Source of the DNA: Bacteroidota bacterium
Lineage (GTDB): Bacteria > Bacteroidota > Bacteroidia > UKL13-3
Length of the DNA: 64,000 nt
Direction of reading: 5' to 3'
Assembly: GCA_027487835.1 (NCBI GenBank)
Contig: JAIYCU010000025.1
Coordinates: 21,890-85,889 of the forward strand
The number at the start of each line of letters is the position of its first letter. The first letter of the stretch is position 1. The position numbers were made by a program, and so were the translations under genes. The notes under the pieces were generated by a model that saw only the letters and a program-made list of their open reading frames with translations, was not told the origin of the DNA and did not search any database. Shown in pieces: positions 57,541 to 64,000 of this stretch.

Positions 57541-60500
57541 ATGAAAAGAAAAGTACTTAGTTTTTTTATTTGGCTTTTACCCGTTTTGGCTATGGCTCAA
57601 AACTGTAAAATTATAACGGGTACCAATAAGGTTTGTTTGGGCAATACCGTGTTGTTTACAGTAAGCATCGACCCTGGTTTCACCGCATCTTCTTATGCTT
57701 GGAATTTTGGAAATGCGGCAATAAGTTCACAAGCAAGCCCTGTATATCAGTATCCTGCTAGGGGCTTATTTACCCCCACTGTAACAATTAATTTTTTAGG
57801 CGGAGGCAGTTGCACAGTTAGTGGTGACCCCATTCGTGTAGTGGGAAATCCTAATGCAGATTTTCAAGTTAGTTCAAGTTTATCGCAATGTTTTAAGAAT
57901 AATCAGTTTTGTATTACAGATTTATCAGCACCTGGACAGGACAATGCACCCATTCAAACCCGCTTATTTTTATGGGGCGATGGGGCTTTCTCAAATCAAA
58001 GTCCGCCCATTGGAAACACGCTTTGCCAAACTTATGCCAATCCCCTAGGAGGTGTTTATACCCTAACTTTAGAAGTGTATGATACCAATAATTGCTCAGC
58101 TAGAAAAGAACGCAAAGATGTTGTCACTGTATTTTCTAAAATGCAAGAGGTGAGCTTCAGAACCAACTATACTGTTCAGTGTTTCTCTACACCAGCTTTG
58201 TTTACCAATACTTCTAAAATTCCATTAGCCCAAGTAAAGAGCTATCGTTGGGAGTTTGGTGATAGCACATCGGCTACCAGTCCTTGGACAAATTTCACAA
58301 AGAATTATACCAAATCTGGAATCTTTACGGCCAAGCTAATCGTGGAAGATTTAAATGGATGCCGAGATACTGCCATTGTAACCCCTGCTGCAGAAAACTA
58401 CAAATTGGATTCAACTATTTATTTAGATAAAGTCAGAACCTGCTATAATTATAATAGTTTCACCTTTGTATCTAAAAACTTCTTTCCAGGTGTTATTGTA
58501 AATTGGGCGGTTTACAAAGTAGGTAACCCCAATAGAATTGACTCCATTACCCTTACCAATATGGACAGTATTTCTTTAACCGACTGTGGCCAGTTTCAGT
58601 TAAGAATGTATGTTCGATTAGGGAGTTGTTCTTTTAGAAGAGATACTTTAATAGAAGTTCTAGGACCAAAATCGGTGATAGAAACTCCTTTAGACAGGGT
58701 AAATAACAGCATTCAGTGCGAGATTCATGATACGGTGATTTTTAGAGGACCTCCTCCTGCCGATCGCAGTTGCTTTTATCAAAATAGCAACATACTTAGG
58801 GTTTGGGATTTTGATGATCCATTTGCACCAGCTTGTACTACTGATGTGAAACTGAATATTAATGTAGGTGTAAATTGCAGATACAGTAAGGATAGCTTAA
58901 ATGTGAAACATAGTTATACCCCAGGCAAAGAGCGTTGCTATTACCCAAAGTTAACCTTAACCGACTTAGCCAGTGGTTGCACACATTATGATACTACCAG
59001 TCTTAAACTCACGCCCCCAGATGCAGGTTGGGATAGCACAGTTTCGCCTGTTAGAAGAGGTTTGTATTATACTGGAATTCCTTGTATAAAATCTGGAATT
59101 ACCTTTCATTTAGATGAAACCTTGCCCCTTTGCGGAAGAGAGCAAGTTTGGATAATGACGGATACTGCCTGTGATAATGCCACTTGGATTAAAATTGATT
59201 CGAATGAAAATAAATTTGAATACAGTTACCAATCTACCTGTAGCAAAGATGGAAAAGTAACGGTTGGCCTAATCATAAAAAATGGACTTGATAAAAACGG
59301 GAATCCTTGTTATGATACCGCTTACTATCCTGTTATGTTTACTTTTTTTCCGCTTGACCCAAGTTTTACAGTCACTACTGTTAGCACGGGATGCGGTCCT
59401 TTTACCATCAAGCTTGTTATGAATGATAGTATTCAGGATAGTTTGGTAAGAGCAGTGTTTTCGCAAAGTGTAAACCGAACTTTGTTTTTTAATTCAGGCG
59501 ATTCCATTATCCCCACGCAATATTTTACTTTTGCCACACCCGGAATTAAACGCATAAAACTGGAACTTTACAATACACGTAAATGTGTTTTAGACTTCCA
59601 AAGAGATGTGTTCTTTGGATTCTTTAAAACCTTTCAACCTGATAAAGAAATCATTTGTTTGGGAGATTCCATTGAGTTAAAAGACAATGTTAGTTATTAT
59701 AACAGTCCAATACTCCATTGGAAAGATCCAGCAAGGGCAGCAGCAGGAAAAGAGCAATTGTATTGGGATTTTGGGGATGGTAGAGGCTTTGCAACCGCAG
59801 GTCCCAATCCTAAATTTAAATATACAAAGGTGGGCAATTACCGCTTGCGCATGGTAGCCGTTGACAGCATCGGTTGCCGAGATACTTTTACCTATAGCAT
59901 TTTAGTAAAGGTGGTAGACCTTCAAGCTGCCGTTAAGAGTATGCAAGCCCGTTATTTATGTGCCCCCCAAATTTTAGCCTTTGAAGACCGCTCAATTTAT
60001 ACTGATTCAAGTGCTTTATATGGTCAAACTCCTTATGATGCGATTGCATCATGGAACTGGGATTTTGGGGATAGTAAAACACCAAGTTTATTGCAAAATC
60101 CAGTGCATGCTTTTACAACCAACGGCACCTTTAATGTTAAATTGAGGGTAAGTACCTTAAGGGGTTGTATAGATTCTGCCTTTGTGCCCATTTGGATAGA
60201 TGGGCCAAGACCTAGATTTGATATTGTGAGTGATACCATAGGTTGCGCCCCTTTTGCAGTAAATTTAAAAAATACTACAGGATACCCACTTATCAATTGG
60301 ATTTGGTATTTTAGAGATCAGCTCAACTCAGTATCAAGTACAAAATTGGATACCAATGTTAAATTTACGTATGTTAATCCGGGTACCTACAAAATTTATG
60401 TGGTAGGAGAGGATACTATTTTTGATCCATTAACGGGTAACTTTAAAACCTGCTTGGCGGTATTTCCTGATTCATTAAATGTAAATGCAGAAAGACGCAC

Positions 60501-61323
60501 AGTGAGGGTTTTGCCTTCCATTAGTGCAGCTATCATTGGCCCAGATTCGGTTTGCAAGGATGAACCTTTTAATTTGATTGCAAGACCAAAAGGCTTATAC
60601 CAAGGCTTTAATTGGTTTGTAACTGATACCAGTAATGGCATTCAAGAATTGTTTCCAGATACGGTATTAAGCCATACCTATACCCGCTCAGGCACGTATC
60701 GGGTGCGGATGTTTCCATTGCTAAGTGGCAATAAGTGCACAGACACCAGTTTTAAATCCATTCATGTGAGTGAGGTCTTTGCCGACTTTGAAATGGATCA
60801 AACCGAACTACCATTGGTTAAATTTACCAATAAATCCTTGGGTGCAGTTAGATATGAATGGGACTTTGGACACCTTGTTTCTGGGCCAAAAAACTATTCT
60901 ACCCTCGCCAATCCTACGCATAGTTTTATTGGTGATTCGGGTGCCTTCTTGGTGTGTTTAAAGGCATTTAATGATCAAGATTGTGTAGATTCTATTTGTA
61001 AGTTAACCTTGCCTGCTGAAATTAGGATTAAAATTCCAAATGTATTTACGCCCAATGCCGATGGCACAAATGATGCGTATGATATAGACGCAGTAGGCAT
61101 CATTAAATATAAATTAGACATTTTTAACCGTTGGGGCGAAAAAGTCTATTCTTCAGAGCGAGATGGTTTTGGAAATGATGGAATTAATTGGAACGGTAGG
61201 GTTAGAAACGAAGGAAAAGAATGCCCAGAAGGTACCTATTACTTTGCGTTTATTTACCAATTGGCAAACATGGCAGAAGCAAAAGATGTGCATGGAACCA
61301 TTACCCTATTAAGAGGTGAATAG
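57541..61323 (+). CDS. 1260-aa secreted multi-PKD, Cys-rich protein with T9SS type B CTD
   Basis: Signal peptide; WNFGN/WEFGD/WDFGD repeats; IPNVFTPNADGTND...FNRWGE...EGTYYF...GTITLLRGE. Confidence 0.9.
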   Translation: MKRKVLSFFIWLLPVLAMAQNCKIITGTNKVCLGNTVLFTVSIDPGFTASSYAWNFGNAAISSQASPVYQYPARGLFTPTVTINFLGGGSCTVSGDPIRVVGNPNADFQVSSSLSQCFKNNQFCITDLSAPGQDNAPIQTRLFLWGDGAFSNQSPPIGNTLCQTYANPLGGVYTLTLEVYDTNNCSARKERKDVVTVFSKMQEVSFRTNYTVQCFSTPALFTNTSKIPLAQVKSYRWEFGDSTSATSPWTNFTKNYTKSGIFTAKLIVEDLNGCRDTAIVTPAAENYKLDSTIYLDKVRTCYNYNSFTFVSKNFFPGVIVNWAVYKVGNPNRIDSITLTNMDSISLTDCGQFQLRMYVRLGSCSFRRDTLIEVLGPKSVIETPLDRVNNSIQCEIHDTVIFRGPPPADRSCFYQNSNILRVWDFDDPFAPACTTDVKLNINVGVNCRYSKDSLNVKHSYTPGKERCYYPKLTLTDLASGCTHYDTTSLKLTPPDAGWDSTVSPVRRGLYYTGIPCIKSGITFHLDETLPLCGREQVWIMTDTACDNATWIKIDSNENKFEYSYQSTCSKDGKVTVGLIIKNGLDKNGNPCYDTAYYPVMFTFFPLDPSFTVTTVSTGCGPFTIKLVMNDSIQDSLVRAVFSQSVNRTLFFNSGDSIIPTQYFTFATPGIKRIKLELYNTRKCVLDFQRDVFFGFFKTFQPDKEIICLGDSIELKDNVSYYNSPILHWKDPARAAAGKEQLYWDFGDGRGFATAGPNPKFKYTKVGNYRLRMVAVDSIGCRDTFTYSILVKVVDLQAAVKSMQARYLCAPQILAFEDRSIYTDSSALYGQTPYDAIASWNWDFGDSKTPSLLQNPVHAFTTNGTFNVKLRVSTLRGCIDSAFVPIWIDGPRPRFDIVSDTIGCAPFAVNLKNTTGYPLINWIWYFRDQLNSVSSTKLDTNVKFTYVNPGTYKIYVVGEDTIFDPLTGNFKTCLAVFPDSLNVNAERRTVRVLPSISAAIIGPDSVCKDEPFNLIARPKGLYQGFNWFVTDTSNGIQELFPDTVLSHTYTRSGTYRVRMFPLLSGNKCTDTSFKSIHVSEVFADFEMDQTELPLVKFTNKSLGAVRYEWDFGHLVSGPKNYSTLANPTHSFIGDSGAFLVCLKAFNDQDCVDSICKLTLPAEIRIKIPNVFTPNADGTNDAYDIDAVGIIKYKLDIFNRWGEKVYSSERDGFGNDGINWNGRVRNEGKECPEGTYYFAFIYQLANMAEAKDVHGTITLLRGE

Positions 61324-61325
61324 GC

Positions 61326-61628
61326 TTAGGTAAATTTTTCTTTTCTTAGTACTTCAACGGTACTAACAAATGCTACAATGCTAAATTTGTCGAAGTATTT
61401 GCTTGAAAGGGTTTCCATAATTTTAATGGCAACCTCTTCTTTCACCAAGGTTTCAATTTTAATATTACGGCCTTCCCAATCCGTGAAATGTTTGGAGTGA
61501 ATTCCTTCCCCTTCAACCTCAGCAATGGTATAGCCTTTGCATCCACATTCTTTTATATCCTTGATAATTTTATGTTGAAGCGCATCTAAGGCGATAATGG
61601 TAACAAGTTTTAAAGTAACTAGATTCAT
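61326..61628 (-). CDS. SbtB-like P-II family regulator
   Basis: LKLVTII...GYTIAEVEGEG...NIKIETLV...VEVLRKEKF; 3 nt downstream of the sbtA-like gene. Confidence 0.85.
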   Translation of the reverse strand: MNLVTLKLVTIIALDALQHKIIKDIKECGCKGYTIAEVEGEGIHSKHFTDWEGRNIKIETLVKEEVAIKIMETLSSKYFDKFSIVAFVSTVEVLRKEKFT

Positions 61629-61631
61629 ATA

Positions 61632-62603
61632 TCAATTACATAATAGGGTGGCAAAATAATGATAAAGAGGAATTCCTAAGGTTACATTAAAAGGAAAGGC
61701 AACAGCTAAGGCTGCGGTTAAATAATAACCTGGGTTGGCCTCAGGAATTGCGATTCTTACAGCTGCAGGAGCTGCGATATACGAGGCACTAGCGCATAAG
61801 ACGCCAAAAATAGTGGCAGTACCCACATTTAATCCAATTAAAGAGGCAAGCCAAATTCCAATAAATGCATTAATAATTGGGATACAAATGGCTGCGGTAA
61901 CAAGCCGTAATCCTACCTTTTTTAAATCACTTAATCGTCTGCCGGTAACAAGCCCAACTTCCAATAAAAACAAACATAAAATACCTTTGAAAGGCGAATC
62001 AAAGAATGGACTCACTTGGCTATAGCCTTTGTCGCCTGTTGCCAAGCCAATTAATAAACCGCCAATGAGCAAAACAAATCCTTTGCCTGTTAAGAGTTCC
62101 TTTAAAATTTCTTGTTGGGTATTTATCGTTTCAACTTCGCCAGGCTGATTTCTTTTAGCAAGGTATAAGGCTACCATAATTCCTGGAACTTCCATAATGG
62201 CAAGCAAGGCACTTACAAATCCCTCATAGGGAATATTGTTGGTTTCCATGTGCACAATGGTTTGACTAAATGTTACCACACTTACCGAACCAAAATGCGC
62301 TGCCATGGCTGCTGCATTAATTGAATCAAATCCCGCCAATCGTTTGAGTATTTGATAGGCATAGATAGGAATGATTAAGCACATTAAAATGGCTATGAGA
62401 CCTGATTTGTAAAATTCTAGAAATGGGGTATGGGTTAGTTTTACGCCTCCTTTTATGCCTATGGCAAACAATAGGTAAACGGTTAACCCAAGGTACATGC
62501 CTTCTGGTAGCTTTAAATCACTTCTGATAAGGGTGGCCAATACACCCAATACAAAAGCAAGCACCATCGGAGAACTTAAGCTATTTAATAAAGTATCAAT
62601 CAT
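61632..62603 (-). CDS. SbtA-family sodium-dependent bicarbonate transporter
   Basis: SDLKLPE...YLLFAIGIKGG, AAHFGSVSVVTF, ASASYIAAPAA, FPFNVTLGIPLY; about 10 TM helices. Confidence 0.9.
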   Translation of the reverse strand: MIDTLLNSLSSPMVLAFVLGVLATLIRSDLKLPEGMYLGLTVYLLFAIGIKGGVKLTHTPFLEFYKSGLIAILMCLIIPIYAYQILKRLAGFDSINAAAMAAHFGSVSVVTFSQTIVHMETNNIPYEGFVSALLAIMEVPGIMVALYLAKRNQPGEVETINTQQEILKELLTGKGFVLLIGGLLIGLATGDKGYSQVSPFFDSPFKGILCLFLLEVGLVTGRRLSDLKKVGLRLVTAAICIPIINAFIGIWLASLIGLNVGTATIFGVLCASASYIAAPAAVRIAIPEANPGYYLTAALAVAFPFNVTLGIPLYHYFATLLCN

Positions 62604-62608
62604 GTTAG

Positions 62609-64000
62609 TTAAAAAGGATAGCCTACGCCAAGGTTAAAAATAGTTTTATTCCAAAGCTCTGAAATATTTCCATATTCATCAAAAACATAGCGTTCATTTT
62701 CTGGCCTCCGTGGGTCAAATATAGGTACAGCCGCGTCAATTCTTAAAATCAAAAAATCAAGGTTAAGTCGAATCCCGGTTCCCGCGCCCAATGCCAGTTG
62801 TTTTTGAAAGGTATTTATATTGAATACTGCACCTTCTCGCCCATCTTCTTTAATACGCCAAATATTTCCTGCATCTGCAAAAACAGCCCCTTCAATAAAG
62901 TGATTATAGATGTTAAATCTGTACTCTAAAGAAAGTTCCAACTTTACATCCCCACTTCGATCTAAACCACCACTGGCATTGTAGGAGCCGGGTCCGATAG
63001 ACCTTGGCAAAAATGCGCGAATACTATTGGCTCCTCCTGTAAAAAATCGTTTATCAAAAGGGATAAAATCAGGAGAATTACCAAAGGGCACTGCTAACCC
63101 AAGCGCAAGTCTTCCTGCCACTCTATTGTTTACATCTAAAAACTTATTGTATCTAAGGTCGGCAAATGTTTTGGCATATTGAAAGTAGCGCACGCCTAAA
63201 AACGACCTAAACCCACTATCGTTGGGTGTAATGCTTAAAGCCCTATTAGCAAGTTCAATAAAACTACCTGCAAGTTCCAATACATCCCATTTAATAAAGC
63301 TATAATTTTTTCGTTTCGGATCATTTTGGTTATTGTAAATAAATCCGCCTTTGAAACTCGTTACAAAGTTATTGCTAAAGACACTTTGCAAATAAGGATC
63401 GTTTTTACTTTGAAGCTCCAATTCTTCGCTATTGAATCCCGTTCTAATAAAGCTAATTTCTGTAGGCACAAAATAGTAACTAAACTGCTTTTTAGTGATT
63501 TGATACGTTAAAGATAGACCAAATACATTTCTTATCCAGTCGATGTTTTTCTCCCATATTGCCGAGGCAGATAAAATACTTCGGTTGGTGCTTGTGGTGC
63601 GTTTTTTATCTAAACTTTTCAAGAAAATTAGTTTGGGATAAATTAGGCTGGCATTTAGGTTAGATTCAAAACTGTTAAAGAGTGGTCGTTTGGGGATATC
63701 TTCCCCTCTTTGGGCTTCTATGGAAAGGCGATAGGTAAGTTGGAGAATCTCTGCATTGCCAAAAATATTATTATTGGCTAGGGTAATTTGAGAAGCAATT
63801 CCATAATTTCTACCTGTAGAATTTGAAATTAAGTTGGACTGATCTGAGGTAATGGCTTGTGGTTCTATAATAAAGTCAAATTTACTGGCAGGTTGTAATC
63901 GGATAAAATAACTGATGCTAGCGCTATCTGTTCCACTATTTTCTGGGATGGCATTTAAGTTTACCGATTTAAAGATTCGGAGGTCGTTTAGCCTACTAAA
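62609..64000 (-). CDS. Omp85 family (TamA/TamL/BamA-like) outer membrane protein, C-terminal part; runs off window end
   Basis: The frame stays open from 64000 (FSRLNDLRIFKSVN...NNNIFGNAE). Barrel motifs RFFTGGANSIRAF, LEYRF, FADAGNIW, GIRLNLDFLILRID, FNLGVGYPF. Confidence 0.9.
   Translation of the reverse strand, partial: FSRLNDLRIFKSVNLNAIPENSGTDSASISYFIRLQPASKFDFIIEPQAITSDQSNLISNSTGRNYGIASQITLANNNIFGNAEILQLTYRLSIEAQRGEDIPKRPLFNSFESNLNASLIYPKLIFLKSLDKKRTTSTNRSILSASAIWEKNIDWIRNVFGLSLTYQITKKQFSYYFVPTEISFIRTGFNSEELELQSKNDPYLQSVFSNNFVTSFKGGFIYNNQNDPKRKNYSFIKWDVLELAGSFIELANRALSITPNDSGFRSFLGVRYFQYAKTFADLRYNKFLDVNNRVAGRLALGLAVPFGNSPDFIPFDKRFFTGGANSIRAFLPRSIGPGSYNASGGLDRSGDVKLELSLEYRFNIYNHFIEGAVFADAGNIWRIKEDGREGAVFNINTFQKQLALGAGTGIRLNLDFLILRIDAAVPIFDPRRPENERYVFDEYGNISELWNKTIFNLGVGYPF

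Noticed and set aside
150-63511. Numerous 60-120-aa ORFs antisense or out of frame within long genes
   Set aside because: Shadow ORFs with no start context, motifs or signal features.
62609-63622. Omp85 gene as a 337-aa truncated protein or pseudogene
   Set aside because: The frame is open to the window edge at 64000, so it is only cut by the window.

Overview
AT-rich chromosomal window from a Bacteroidota bacterium, judged by type IX secretion (T9SS) genes, TAnnTTTG promoters and the absence of Shine-Dalgarno motifs; the exact lineage cannot be determined. It holds a core T9SS/gliding locus (partial porU, two porP/sprF paralogs, gldJ), eight genes with T9SS C-terminal domains (four type B, four type A, including 2005-aa and 3026-aa giants) and an ECF sigma/anti-sigma pair. 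Housekeeping genes include tdk, fabG, rpe, a pabC-like gene, thiolase, sua5, hbd, dapA and mtaB, and there is an sbtAB-like bicarbonate module and a partial Omp85/TamA-family gene. No rRNA, tRNA, CRISPR array, transposase or integrase was recognised. Three signals stand out. (1) The motif TTGGTTCAAACCGAAAC is scattered through coding DNA in several reading frames, polarised to the chromosome strand rather than to transcription. (2) An integrase-less, integron-like array at about 52.75-54.4 kb has two cassettes (a promoterless lipoprotein and a RelE/ParE toxin-antitoxin pair), an atypical attC-like hairpin and cassette-specific 15-16 bp terminal inverted repeats. (3) A putative anti-sigma factor's periplasmic end is a T9SS type B secretion signal on a ~130-aa flexible tether, suggesting a sensor of T9SS activity. 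All calls are by eye from motifs; no database searches were run.
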